This document shows positions 8,632 to 18,426 of a DNA stretch of 64,000 nt, piece by piece. Position numbers and translations under genes: made by a program. The notes below the pieces were generated by a model. It saw only the letters and a list, made by a program, of their open reading frames with translations, did not search any database and had not been told where the DNA came from. Where the stretch lies: the IMG/VR virus record IMGVR_UViG_2721755486_000003. One strand, given 5' to 3'. This DNA comes from a virus. Taxonomy: Duplodnaviria > Caudoviricetes. Every line of letters starts with the position of its first letter. Within the stretch, counting starts at the first letter, position 1.

Positions 8632-10137
8632 TCAGACGGCAGGCGGCGAGATCACCCGGAACGCCAACTGGGCGATGTCCACCGAGATTGGCTGCGTGTT
8701 GCCGCCGGCGCTCGAGGCGCCGATCAGGACCGACACGTTGGCCGCGCCAGCCGGCACGAGCAGGCGCTCGCAGATGATCCCGCTCTCGGACGCGCCGGTA
8801 TTCGTCTGGCGCAGGTAGGCCGTGCTGATGGTCTGGCTCCAGCTGGCGTTCTGCCACGCCACACCCAGCATCTGGCCGAACGGCCCCGTGATGGCGTCCG
8901 CCGTGCCCCAGGTCACCGCCGGCGTGCTCGCGCGCAGGCGGCAGCTCACCTCGATCACACTGCCGGCCACGACGCCGCCGAACGCCAGCGACGACGCGCC
9001 GACCGCCCCGGCGTTCGCCGGGCGCGTGAAGCGTTGCCAATTGCCCAGGCACTGGCCATCGTTGACAAGCAGGCCCGTCACGCCGCTGGCCAACTGCACG
9101 CCATCGGCCACCGACGTGCTGCCACTTCCCGAGTTGAACAGGCCGTTCTGCAGCAGATTGGCCGGGTCGGAGTTGTAGGTGACCAGCCAGGGCGGCGTGT
9201 CCTTCTTCGCCGCGGCGTTGAACTTCGGATCGGCCAGCACGTACGCCGCCAGCGCGCCGCTGCCGAGTACCGTCGGGTGCGTCCCGTCGAAGGTGTACGC
9301 CGCCTTCAGAAATGCCGGGTTGTTCGGATCTTGGAAAGCCGCATTGCAGTCGACCAGCGGGAAGCCGTACTGCGCCTGCATCTGGTAGACCAGCGCGTTC
9401 CAGGCATTGATGCCGGTCTGGCTGCCCGGCACGTTGCCGCGCGGCGGGATGGTCCACAGGATCGGCTGGATGCCGGCGGCAATCAGCTGGCGGATCATGG
9501 TCGTCACGGCCGCGAAGCCGCTGGCGATCTCCGCCGACGAGTTGTAGTTGTTCGAGCCGCATGCGATGACGCACGACTTGGGCAGCGGGTTCATCGCCAG
9601 CACCTGCGGCAGTTGCGACGCCAGCGCTTGTTCCGCGGTCGAGCCGGACACGGCGAAGTCGGCGCCGTAGCGGTAGCGGTAAGTCTGCCCGCTCAGATAG
9701 CACAGGTCGCGCAGCCAGTTCGTCAGGCCCGAGTAGGCGATCGCCGAGATGCTGTCGCCGACGCCGACGATGCCGACCTTCTGGCCGGCAAAGGTCAGTG
9801 GCGCCATCACAACGGCTTCTGCGGCTGCGGCTGCTGATGCGGCCGTGGAAGCCGTCGCGGCAGCAGCCGTCGCCGCCGAGGCAGCAGACACTGCCTCCGC
9901 AACCGCCTCCTGCGCCGCCGGGCTCAACTCGGCCCCGGCCACGAAGAGGTTCCATTGCATCGGCGTGATGTCCGGCTGGGCGCCGACGCTCGCAGTCAGA
10001 GCGGTATAGGCCGAGCCGTTGTAGGTCACGCAGTCGTTGATGGCATAGGCTACGGTCGACGACCAGGTGCCGCGCAGATTGATGCCAGCGCCCGGCTCGC
10101 CTTGCGGGCCAGGCGTGCTTGCCAGAATTACGGTCAT
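8632..10137 (-). CDS. SGNH/GDSL esterase with N-terminal virion-attachment-like and C-terminal CBM-like regions
   Basis: GDSIS, AVSG, GSNN, DGTHP blocks; GPQGEPG start, Ala-rich linker. Confidence 0.85.
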   Translation of the reverse strand: MTVILASTPGPQGEPGAGINLRGTWSSTVAYAINDCVTYNGSAYTALTASVGAQPDITPMQWNLFVAGAELSPAAQEAVAEAVSAASAATAAAATASTAASAAAAAEAVVMAPLTFAGQKVGIVGVGDSISAIAYSGLTNWLRDLCYLSGQTYRYRYGADFAVSGSTAEQALASQLPQVLAMNPLPKSCVIACGSNNYNSSAEIASGFAAVTTMIRQLIAAGIQPILWTIPPRGNVPGSQTGINAWNALVYQMQAQYGFPLVDCNAAFQDPNNPAFLKAAYTFDGTHPTVLGSGALAAYVLADPKFNAAAKKDTPPWLVTYNSDPANLLQNGLFNSGSGSTSVADGVQLASGVTGLLVNDGQCLGNWQRFTRPANAGAVGASSLAFGGVVAGSVIEVSCRLRASTPAVTWGTADAITGPFGQMLGVAWQNASWSQTISTAYLRQTNTGASESGIICERLLVPAGAANVSVLIGASSAGGNTQPISVDIAQLAFRVISPPAV

Positions 10138-10152
10138 GCAAAGCTCCGGTGA

Positions 10153-10539
10153 TCAGAATGGAGGGGTCTCGCTCAGCGCCAGCAGGATCTGGCCGCAGAG
10201 GTACTTGATGAGGCCGCCGCCAGGCGTCTCGACGAAAAGGTCATAGACCCCGAACGGCATCGCCCCGAACTGCGGCAAGGCGTACGGTTGCCCCGAATAG
10301 AGCGCTGTCGACGCGCCAGGCACGGTCCAGTTCAGTTGGCCCAGGGGCCCGTTAAGCGTGATCGTCCCTGCCTTCGTCGAGAGGTCGATCAGCGCAGTCG
10401 GGCTCGATTGCGACGCGCGGCACTTGAGGTAGATATGGCAGCCGGTCAGGTTCAGCGGCGTTCTGTCGTCGTTCTGCAGAACCAGCTGGACGCTCCAATC
10501 GGCGCCCTGGTCAATCAGGAAATCCAAGCGATCAGCCAT
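10153..10539 (-). CDS. Phage structural adaptor-like protein
   Basis: IDQGADW...PLNLTG...GVYDL motif typical of tailspike/baseplate adaptor proteins. Confidence 0.7.
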   Translation of the reverse strand: MADRLDFLIDQGADWSVQLVLQNDDRTPLNLTGCHIYLKCRASQSSPTALIDLSTKAGTITLNGPLGQLNWTVPGASTALYSGQPYALPQFGAMPFGVYDLFVETPGGGLIKYLCGQILLALSETPPF

Positions 10540-10610
10540 AGGGGTCCAGGATGAAGAGAGCCCCGCGCGCGGCGGGGCCTGGGGTGTGGAGGGGGCAGAT
10601 GGGAGAGGCC

Positions 10611-10946
10611 TCAGCCCCACCTGTCTGGGAAGGCGACCATCGGCACTGTCTGGCCGGCCAGCGCATGCGTGCAGTCACCCAGGTACTGGATCTGCCCGTC
10701 CGTCACGAACGTGTGGCAGACCTCCGGCGGATCGCCGTCCATCGGCACAAAGGCCGGGTCGACCGCGCGGCCAGTGCGCACCAGCACGCTCGGCGTAAAG
10801 GTCGGCCGCTCGGCGTGGCCGTTCCAACCCCACCGCGGCCCCGGCCCGGCGCCGTACTGGATCGAATGCGAGACGCCGCAACCCGGGCACCAGAAGGACA
10901 GCACTCCGGGCGCAAGCTCGCGCAGGACGTTGGAGAGGGCCGTCAT
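10611..10946 (-). CDS. DUF6527-like zinc-binding protein
   Basis: FWCPGCG..H...WNG...PTFTPSVL...CHTFVTDGQIQYLGDCTH. Confidence 0.8.
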   Translation of the reverse strand: MTALSNVLRELAPGVLSFWCPGCGVSHSIQYGAGPGPRWGWNGHAERPTFTPSVLVRTGRAVDPAFVPMDGDPPEVCHTFVTDGQIQYLGDCTHALAGQTVPMVAFPDRWG

Positions 10947-11425
10947 GCGAGCACCCCACCCGCCTGCACGTAGATACCGCGCAAGTAGTCGAGCGAATGT
11001 TCGTTCTGCCCGTAGCCGGCGCCCGGCAGGCTTGCCCATATGTTGCGCACGCGGGACACTGCCTCGTCGAAGCGACCCGCAGCGATCAACTGCAGCGCCA
11101 AGCGTTCGCGGATCTGCTGTACCGCAATACGGTCCTGCGCCACCGGGCCGAAGTCCGTCAGTCCCAACTGGCGCCTGTAGATGTCATACCAGCGCGCGAG
11201 AACCTGGTAGCGGCCGGCCGCCGTCGAAGACAGACCCGCCCGGATCAGCACCAGTTGCCGCGGATGGTCGGCATAACTGCGAAACAGCTTCGGCGCAGCC
11301 GGTGTGCTACCCACAAGGACGTTGTAGCCATTATCCGACTTGGCGATGAGTGCCCGGCCAAGCTCGGCGACGGCAATCATGTCCAGGAAGGGCCGGATGT
11401 TCGGGGTATCCATGTCACCCGGCAT
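10943..11425 (-). CDS. Endolysin, lambda R-like transglycosylase (GH104)
   Basis: FLDMIAVAE, STAAGRYQ, QD, WASLPGAGYGQ. Confidence 0.93.
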   Translation of the reverse strand: MPGDMDTPNIRPFLDMIAVAELGRALIAKSDNGYNVLVGSTPAAPKLFRSYADHPRQLVLIRAGLSSTAAGRYQVLARWYDIYRRQLGLTDFGPVAQDRIAVQQIRERLALQLIAAGRFDEAVSRVRNIWASLPGAGYGQNEHSLDYLRGIYVQAGGVLA

Positions 11426-11861
11426 GGTTCTCTCCTGCCACCGCTTCCTTGGCATCGGCCATCAGCTCACCGATGTCCTTGCCCCGGCGCTTCTCGAACC
11501 ATCGCACGACGGCGCCGATCACCCACCAGGCCGGCAGGCCGGCGATGACCAGGAACGGCGCGCTGGCGTAGAGCACGCCGAATTCCGGCGGGACGCCGAA
11601 AGTCACGCCCATGGCGCGCGCCGACGTGAACAGATCCGGCGCCTTGGCATTGACGTAGGCCACCAGCGCCGGGCCGAAGACGATCGACGCCAGGACGGAC
11701 GAGACGAGCCGGGCGAACCCTTCCCGCTTCGTCTTCGGCCAGAGCACCATGAAGCCCAGCGCGGCTGCGACGGCGCCGGCGCCGATCTGCAGGCCGAAGA
11801 GTTTGGCGGTGGCGCTGACAGCTGCGCCGGTTGCGACGGTGCCGCTGATTGGTTCGGACAT
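11415..11861 (-). CDS. Putative holin
   Basis: Three TM segments, basic C-terminus, directly upstream of endolysin. Confidence 0.75.
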   Translation of the reverse strand: MSEPISGTVATGAAVSATAKLFGLQIGAGAVAAALGFMVLWPKTKREGFARLVSSVLASIVFGPALVAYVNAKAPDLFTSARAMGVTFGVPPEFGVLYASAPFLVIAGLPAWWVIGAVVRWFEKRRGKDIGELMADAKEAVAGENHAG

Positions 11862-11945
11862 TTGACCCCCGAAAATGAAAAAGCCCGCTCGACGCGGGCA
11901 TGAGAAGACCGCTTGGAGGCGGCTTGTGTCGTTCGAATCAGCCGG

Positions 11946-12128
11946 CTACTTGGTCGGCACCGGCATCCCAGACCGCGCCAACTCTGGCAGCGACTCATAG
12001 AATGCGGCCCACCGCGCGTCGCTCGCATCGACCTCGCCCAGGTTGGCGAACACCGAACTGTCTTGCGGGGACGCGAAGTACGACACGATCGTCGACTGCG
12101 TGCCGTCGGAGAATTGGACGTTGAGCAT
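11946..12128 (-). CDS. Small tail-fibre-associated protein
   Basis: VQFSD...DARWAAFYESLP, follows fibre gene. Confidence 0.7.
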   Translation of the reverse strand: MLNVQFSDGTQSTIVSYFASPQDSSVFANLGEVDASDARWAAFYESLPELARSGMPVPTK

Positions 12129-12137
12129 GGCGCCTTC

Positions 12138-13517
12138 CTAGATCGAATAGCCAGAGATGAACCCGTACAGCGTCCCGGAGCCGGAAACGTTGGTGAGTGT
12201 GTAGTAGATCGTTTGACTCACGAGAATCGGCAGGCCGCTAAAGGAATATGCCGCGCCCGCACCCGACGCGGGCGCGGTCGTGCCGATGCGGATCGACCCC
12301 ACGGATTGCGCATTGCCAACGAAGGAGGCATTGCTACCGCCATTCACCGTGTTGTTGTTGACGACCATGGTCCCGCGCACTGCTCGCGCGTTCGGAGGGA
12401 CGATCGTACTGACGGAAACGGAGGTCGGCGTCGACGCAACCGTGGAGGTCGTCAGGATCGCCACTTCCGGGATCCACACCTCGCGATCGAGCTGGGCACC
12501 CGCTACGAGTTTCCCATTGCCATCCACTGGCCACACGGATACCAGCGCCGATGCGGTGTAGCCGGTCGGCATGTTCGCGCCCCCGTAGACGCTGGGGGCG
12601 ACCGCAGAGGTCGCGTTGACCGCCAGTAGCGCGCTCGCCCCGGTGGATGGGTTGTAGATCGCGTAGAGCGCCACGTACCCATAGGCCGGCGCAGTGCCAG
12701 TGTCCATGCCGCCGGCCCCGGTGGCGGCTAGGTTGATGGTCTTGTTGAAGTTCGGCAGGCAGTAGCGCGCGCCGCCGAGTGCGGTCTCGACGATGATCTC
12801 GTCGGCCGTGAGCGCCACCGTCGCAGAGGCCACGGCATTGTTCACCTTCAGATTGCGCGCCTGGCCAACGACGCCGGCCGCTTGCGCCACGGTCACAGCG
12901 TGATTACTCTGCGTCCCCTGGGCCACCTGTTGCGCGCCGCCCGTGCACTCCATCACGACCCAGGCGCCGTTCCCACCGTTGACGGTCGACGCGACGACGT
13001 ACAGCAGGCATGCGACGCCCTTCGCAGGCAGCTCGCCGCCCTGAAGTGGCTGCAGACCGAGCCCCAGAATCGGCTTTGCGCCCAGTCCGTCGACGTTGAG
13101 CGTCGACGCGCCGGTGTTCGCGTTGGCGATCGACACGTCGAGCGTCAACCCGGACGACGTCGGGTAGGCCGAGAGGGCGGCCAGGTTGGCCACTACATAG
13201 GCGTTCGCCGCACCGGTGTCGGCCAGAACTGGATTCTGGCGCGCGGTCACCGAGATCGCCGTCGCCAGATTGGCCAGCAGCGTCGCGGTCGTGCCATCGT
13301 CGATGGCCGTCTGGCCGGTGTTGGCAACGATGAACTGCGCCAGGACCGCCGTCATGATGCTGCTCTGGCGCCAGACCTTGTTGAGCTGCGCCGAGGGCGC
13401 GACGCCGGCAGAAAAGCCGTTGGCGATCAGGGAGGTGAGCGCCGCGTACTGGGCCTGCGTCAGCACGTTGGCGCCCGCCCCTGCAGCGAAGGGCAGAAAG
13501 TCGTTCTGGATGGGCAT
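12138..13517 (-). CDS. Tail fibre protein
   Basis: NDFLPFA...SAQLNKVWRQSS N-terminal attachment domain, ANTGASTLNV motif. Confidence 0.88.
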   Translation of the reverse strand: MPIQNDFLPFAAGAGANVLTQAQYAALTSLIANGFSAGVAPSAQLNKVWRQSSIMTAVLAQFIVANTGQTAIDDGTTATLLANLATAISVTARQNPVLADTGAANAYVVANLAALSAYPTSSGLTLDVSIANANTGASTLNVDGLGAKPILGLGLQPLQGGELPAKGVACLLYVVASTVNGGNGAWVVMECTGGAQQVAQGTQSNHAVTVAQAAGVVGQARNLKVNNAVASATVALTADEIIVETALGGARYCLPNFNKTINLAATGAGGMDTGTAPAYGYVALYAIYNPSTGASALLAVNATSAVAPSVYGGANMPTGYTASALVSVWPVDGNGKLVAGAQLDREVWIPEVAILTTSTVASTPTSVSVSTIVPPNARAVRGTMVVNNNTVNGGSNASFVGNAQSVGSIRIGTTAPASGAGAAYSFSGLPILVSQTIYYTLTNVSGSGTLYGFISGYSI

Positions 13518-13574
13518 TGGGGTTCCGGAAAAGAAAAAGCCGCCCGAAGGCGGCTTGTGTGGCAGCAGGTGAGG

Positions 13575-14234
13575 TCAGGCGGGGACCGCCCACGAGCCGG
13601 CGTCGAGGCCGGCGATGTACTGGTTGGAGACGTCGAATCCGAAGAGCGGCGTATTGTTGGCGGACGGCACGACGTAGTTGGCAAGCACCCCTTCCGGCTT
13701 GAGCGGTAGGTAGCCGCCGGAGAACAGTGCGCGCAGCAGCGCGCTCGGGATCTCCCCCGACACACCCACCGTCATCGTCATGTCCTGGTTGTCCTGGATG
13801 AAGATGTTGCTGGCCGACCCAGCGAACAGGTTCGCGTAGGCCGCCGCGGCGCCGGGCACCGTCCCGTCCCAGCTATTCGCCGCGATCTTGGCGCGGATCA
13901 GCGTCCTGAACGTGCCGTCATCGAGCGACGTCAGGCCGGTGCTGGGATCGAAGGGGCCCTGCCAGTTGCCTTGGTCGAAGCCCAGGCCTGCGGTGTCGAG
14001 CGAGAAGTAGACGTTCAGCGGTGTCCGGACCTGCCGCCTGATGCCGGCCCACAGGCCGACGGCGTCGAGCTGCACGCCAACGGCGTTGTCCAGGTCAAAC
14101 GCCGCCGGGATCGACTGCATGACGTTAATCTGGTCGCCGAAGCACTGCGCGACGACAGCCACCATGGCCATGAACTTCGGCTTGTCCGCGTGCTGGGTGG
14201 TGATCAGAGCGGTGTAGTCGGATGCCTGTGCCAT
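13575..14234 (-). CDS. Baseplate wedge protein (DUF2612)
   Basis: FDLDNAVGVQLDAVG, LDDGTFRTLIRAKI, DNQDMTM. Confidence 0.88.
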   Translation of the reverse strand: MAQASDYTALITTQHADKPKFMAMVAVVAQCFGDQINVMQSIPAAFDLDNAVGVQLDAVGLWAGIRRQVRTPLNVYFSLDTAGLGFDQGNWQGPFDPSTGLTSLDDGTFRTLIRAKIAANSWDGTVPGAAAAYANLFAGSASNIFIQDNQDMTMTVGVSGEIPSALLRALFSGGYLPLKPEGVLANYVVPSANNTPLFGFDVSNQYIAGLDAGSWAVPA

Positions 14235-14235
14235 G

Positions 14236-15420
14236 TCATGTCGCCGTGATCGTCACGCTCGCAGGTGTCGCCTGACCGGCGTGGTTGAAGGCCAGCGGCA
14301 CGTCCGGCGCGCCGACGCCGCCGGGCCCGCTCAGCGTCAGTGACGTGATGCGGAACGTGTTGCTGCCAGGCACTGACTTCGCGGCCGCCAGAGCGGAATC
14401 CCATTCGACGAAGCCACTCGGCGCGCCGCCGATCACCACCGAGTTGATGTATGCGGCCACCGCGGCCTGGATCGCCGCGCCGACGGTCGACGTGTAGCCG
14501 GTGAGCGCCTTCAACGTGATCGCGCAGGTGATGGCGTCGTACGTCGGCCGGTAGAAGCTGATCGGATGGGCGATGCCGTAGGCGTCGGTCACGTAGATGG
14601 TCGTCGTGCCGTAAGTGCCGCACCCCGGCCCCTTCTTGGCGGCGATGGCCTGCGCGATCGCCGTAGCGTCGCCGCCCTCCACCACCAGGTAGATCTTGTT
14701 GGCAGGGATGCCATTGGCATCGACGACGCTCGTGTCGTTCTCATAGGGGGTCACGCGGGTCACGCCTGGCACCGCCCACACCGCCCCGACCGTCCCCTCC
14801 AGGACTGTCCGCGACGACAGCGCCGTCGACGTGGCCTGTCGCGCCTTCAGCTGGGAATCGGTTTCGACTGGCTCGCCGGCTTGGGCGGCGCTCGCGTTCG
14901 TGACCGACTGCCAACCCAGCGTCGGCGTCGCGATCTGGTTGACCGCGCCGACCCCAGCCTGCACCGCGCCGGCCGTCTGGCAGGTCGCCGTCACGGTGAT
15001 GGTGCCGCTCGGCGGGATCGTGACCGTCGTCGGCAGCGCCCACTTGTTGCCATTGGCGTCTTGCGTCACGCCATTGGTGATCACAGTGCCCGCCACGCCG
15101 ACGATGATCTGGTCGACCGTCGAGTTGCTCGGCGTATTGCGCCGCAGGCCGTTGATCTTGACTACGCTGGACAGGTTCGCGCCCTGCGCCGTGGCCGGCG
15201 AGAAACCGTTGTACCCGGCGATGATCGCAGCATTCAGGTCATTGATCGGCGTTGCGATGCCGGCCACCAGGAACTGGTAGTCCTCCGAGTCGTTCCCGAG
15301 GTAGACGTCCGACCCATAGATCGCCCGGTACTTGGATACGACGTAGTCCAGCACGTCCGAGAACGCCGGCGCGCTGATTCCGGAAGCACTGATGACCGGT
15401 GCGACAGAGGGGATGGTCAT
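14236..15420 (-). CDS. Baseplate J/gp47 family protein
   Basis: GEPVETDSQLKAR, VVEGGD; synteny. Confidence 0.9.
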   Translation of the reverse strand: MTIPSVAPVISASGISAPAFSDVLDYVVSKYRAIYGSDVYLGNDSEDYQFLVAGIATPINDLNAAIIAGYNGFSPATAQGANLSSVVKINGLRRNTPSNSTVDQIIVGVAGTVITNGVTQDANGNKWALPTTVTIPPSGTITVTATCQTAGAVQAGVGAVNQIATPTLGWQSVTNASAAQAGEPVETDSQLKARQATSTALSSRTVLEGTVGAVWAVPGVTRVTPYENDTSVVDANGIPANKIYLVVEGGDATAIAQAIAAKKGPGCGTYGTTTIYVTDAYGIAHPISFYRPTYDAITCAITLKALTGYTSTVGAAIQAAVAAYINSVVIGGAPSGFVEWDSALAAAKSVPGSNTFRITSLTLSGPGGVGAPDVPLAFNHAGQATPASVTITAT

Positions 15421-15770
15421 AGCGTGGTCGTGAAAGTGGCTTGGCCGTACTGCGTATTGATGGTGACCGTGACAGTCAGCGTGCGCGCCTGCGTGTCGGC
15501 CGTGCTCGAGTAGCTGACGATCTCGGTCACGCCCGTGGTACCCAGGATGCGATCGCGGATCGCGGTGTCGTACTGGTCCTTCGTGTACTTGCCGAGCACC
15601 TCGGTGTTCCACGGCGTGCCATCGGTGACATCGAGGAACCACTCGCCGAGCGTGAGGCGCAGTCGTGTCTGCACGGCCTGCGCCACGGCCTCGGCCTGGT
15701 CGCGATAGAAATCGCCCTGCTGGTTGCCCCAGGAGTAGTCGCCGTTGGCGTCGAGCTTTCGGTACCGCAT
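15417..15770 (-). CDS. Baseplate wedge / sheath initiator protein
   Basis: RLRLTLGEWFLDVTDG..W motif. Confidence 0.85.
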   Translation of the reverse strand: MRYRKLDANGDYSWGNQQGDFYRDQAEAVAQAVQTRLRLTLGEWFLDVTDGTPWNTEVLGKYTKDQYDTAIRDRILGTTGVTEIVSYSSTADTQARTLTVTVTINTQYGQATFTTTL

Positions 15771-15808
15771 GGCACCTCCAGAAATGGAAGACCCGGCGCC
15801 GGGCCGGG

Positions 15809-16315
15809 TCAGTGGGTCAGCAGAGAGGGCTGAATCTGGCTTTCCAGCCTGGCCCGCTCGTCATGGAAGCGCGGGATCTCCCGCTTTCGCTCCAGCATCA
15901 GGTGCGAGCCAAAGGAGGCGCGTACCTTGGACTCGACCTCGCGCGCGATCAGCGCCTGCATCTGCTGCCAGAGGCCTTGATCCCGATGCTGCAGCGCGTC
16001 GCGCATCCGGAAGAACTCCTTCACGAGCGAGATCTTGAAGTCGACGACCTTCTCGGTGTTGCGCATCAGCGAGATCAGCAGGGCGGCCTGGTGCTCGTTG
16101 AGCAGCGCGACTTCCCGCTTCTGGGTGCCGCCGGCCGTCGCGAAGGGTGCAACTTCAAATTGCACCCCTCCCAACTCCTGCAGCGCTGCCAGATGCCGGC
16201 GGATGAGCTGGATGACGGCGCGGTGCCGCTGGCCGAGCCCTCTCGCGACCACATCGGACGACGCGCGCGGCTCGCCGTCGATGACGGTCACGAGTTGGAG
16301 CGGAAGGTCAGTCAT
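15809..16315 (-). CDS. rha: Rha family regulatory protein
   Basis: EPRASSDVVARGLG..H..VIQLIR, LNEHQAALL, FKISLVKEFFRM. Confidence 0.85.
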   Translation of the reverse strand: MTDLPLQLVTVIDGEPRASSDVVARGLGQRHRAVIQLIRRHLAALQELGGVQFEVAPFATAGGTQKREVALLNEHQAALLISLMRNTEKVVDFKISLVKEFFRMRDALQHRDQGLWQQMQALIAREVESKVRASFGSHLMLERKREIPRFHDERARLESQIQPSLLTH

Positions 16316-16455
16316 GGGGATCTCCCTGTCGAGCCCTGGGAATGGGTGGCTGCGGCAGCACGTCCAGGGAAACGTGTGTTCGGCCCGTCGGCCTATCCGC
16401 AGCACAAAAGCAAAGGCCCCGCACAAGGCGGGGCCCGAGAGGACGGCAGCGTTGG

Positions 16456-17202
16456 TCAGTTCACGTTGCCGGAGTTGCCGGTGCCAGGCTGCACGCCGTT
16501 GTGCGTGTGCGTGTCGTCGACACGCTTGCCGTTGGCGGTGATCTGGCCGATCACATTCAGCACGCCGTTGAAGACCGCCGCGGCACCGCTCACCGCACTG
16601 CCGACCATGCCGCCGATGAACGTCAGCAGCCCGGTGATCGTCACGCCGTTCGAGAAGGTAGCCAGCGGCGTGACCACGTCGAAGCCGCCCGGCGCCACGA
16701 TCTTGACCTTCTGGCTGGTCGGGTTCAGGTCGATGAAGGTCGCGCCGTCGTTGCTGCGCAGCTGCGTGCTGACGGTGCTGATGCCGCTGATCTTGGTGGC
16801 CTGGGAGAAGAATCCGACGAAGGCGAAGCCGTCGCTCAGGTCGTGCACCCGCGGCTCGATCGGCGGCTGCACACCGCCCGACTGCCACCAGGCGTCAATG
16901 CAGCGCGCGGCGAAGACCACCAGGCACTCGTCGCCGTTGGCAACCGGGAAGGTCAGCGTGCAGCCACCGCCTCGCGGGAAGTGCACCGGCACGTCGACCA
17001 GCAGCGGGAGGTTGACAAACTGCGCGGTACCGTCCGGCGCATGCACGATGCCCTTGATCGCGAGCTGCACGGTCGCGGTGACGGCGCCGTCGCTGAATGA
17101 CTGGATGATGCCGGGCATGGCGGTCCAGATGCCGGTCTGCAGGCCATCCAGCGCCACGCGCAAGGCTTCCTCGGGGTCGTCCCAACGTTCTCGGCTATCC
17201 AC
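16456..17202 (-). CDS. Baseplate spike (Gp138-like)
   Basis: VPVHFPRGGG..LTFPV..GDECLVVF, HDLSD, C-terminal HTH iron-binding motif. Confidence 0.9.
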   Translation of the reverse strand: MDSRERWDDPEEALRVALDGLQTGIWTAMPGIIQSFSDGAVTATVQLAIKGIVHAPDGTAQFVNLPLLVDVPVHFPRGGGCTLTFPVANGDECLVVFAARCIDAWWQSGGVQPPIEPRVHDLSDGFAFVGFFSQATKISGISTVSTQLRSNDGATFIDLNPTSQKVKIVAPGGFDVVTPLATFSNGVTITGLLTFIGGMVGSAVSGAAAVFNGVLNVIGQITANGKRVDDTHTHNGVQPGTGNSGNVN

Positions 17203-18118
17203 TGGTCACCGCATTCGTGTAGGTCGATGTCAGCGGCGCGGTCCCGTTGAGGCCGGCGCAGATCATCTCGGTGTAGAAGTCCTGGCCGCGCGTGTCGCCT
17301 GACTGGCTCATCGCATAGACCTTGTAGAACCCGTCGTCGTCCAGGCTCGGGAAGTAGTTCGTGGCCGTGTAGTCCACACTCAGCGCCGCCTGCTGGATGC
17401 TGGCGTTGGCGATCTGGACCCGCGTGCCGGGCCGGATATTCGGGTTCAGCAGGCTCTTGACGACGATGCCATCAACCGTCTGGACCGGGTTCCCGATCAT
17501 CCCGGTGGCCGAAGTCAGCACGACGGCCGCCCCCGGGAGAACGTCGTTCACCGGCACCATCTGCAGTTGGCCGTTCTGCACCGACCACTGCGTACCGCTC
17601 GCGCCAGCGAGCTGCCGCATATAGTCCCGCGTCATTCCGTAGCAGACCTTGCCTCGCGGCATCTTCGTCGGCGCGAACGCCGGCGAATACCCCGAGACGA
17701 TGCCGTACTGCGCCATCGACTGCAGCAGCGCCGCACGGTAGTCCGACTGCGACCAGCCGGCGGCCAGCGTCGTGTTCACGACCGACCAGTTATAGGCCTC
17801 GTCCGCATGCGCCGCGATCAGGTCGATGAAGGTATCGGTGGCGTTCTCCCGCCCCTTCCGCACCTGCTTGAGGCCGCCAGAGAAGATCAGCCCGAAGTTG
17901 TCGCCGTACCCGGCCTGCAGGAACACCTGCTTGAACTCCTGCTGGATGCTCTTGGCCGTCGCATCGGCCACGTTGTACACCCGGATGGTCGCGTGCGCCG
18001 GGCTCTGTGTGGTGGCGCTGAAAGTCCGGAAGGAGACGTGCAGTTCCGACAGGTCGAGGCCTTGCCCGCTCGCGTTCCCCACGATCAGGCTCACACGGCG
18101 AAGCCATTGTTGGGTCAT
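17195..18118 (-). CDS. Baseplate hub protein
   Basis: IRVYNV, LQAGY, WSVQNG, LLNP, GDTRG; synteny. Confidence 0.85.
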   Translation of the reverse strand: MTQQWLRRVSLIVGNASGQGLDLSELHVSFRTFSATTQSPAHATIRVYNVADATAKSIQQEFKQVFLQAGYGDNFGLIFSGGLKQVRKGRENATDTFIDLIAAHADEAYNWSVVNTTLAAGWSQSDYRAALLQSMAQYGIVSGYSPAFAPTKMPRGKVCYGMTRDYMRQLAGASGTQWSVQNGQLQMVPVNDVLPGAAVVLTSATGMIGNPVQTVDGIVVKSLLNPNIRPGTRVQIANASIQQAALSVDYTATNYFPSLDDDGFYKVYAMSQSGDTRGQDFYTEMICAGLNGTAPLTSTYTNAVTSG

Positions 18119-18426
18119 CAGGGCACCACGCAGTAGAGGTGGGATTGCGTTCCCAGGTTCGTGAACGTCGGCGGCGCGTCGGCCGCATCGGTCTGAACCC
18201 ACAGCTCGAAGCCGAAGCCCAGATAGCCGTACTGCGCCAGCAGGTCCACACCGGTCACCAGGGGAATGCCCGACAGCAATGCGTTGCCGCTCGCGTCGGC
18301 GATGTCCAGGAACCAGCCGCCGCCGTCGGTATCGCGCCAGGCCAGCGCGAACTGGTACTGCATGCCCACCAGCGTGATGGTGAACGTCTGCGGCTGCGCG
18401 GTCAGCGGAATCTCAAAGGTCTGCAT
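18118..18426 (-). CDS. Baseplate plug-like protein
   Basis: GIPLVTGVDLLAQY motif; synteny. Confidence 0.8.
   Translation of the reverse strand: MQTFEIPLTAQPQTFTITLVGMQYQFALAWRDTDGGGWFLDIADASGNALLSGIPLVTGVDLLAQYGYLGFGFELWVQTDAADAPPTFTNLGTQSHLYCVVP

Noticed and set aside
12138-13517. Diversity-generating retroelement or invertible tail-fibre cassette
   Set aside because: No reverse transcriptase, invertase or duplicated fibre end seen in the window.
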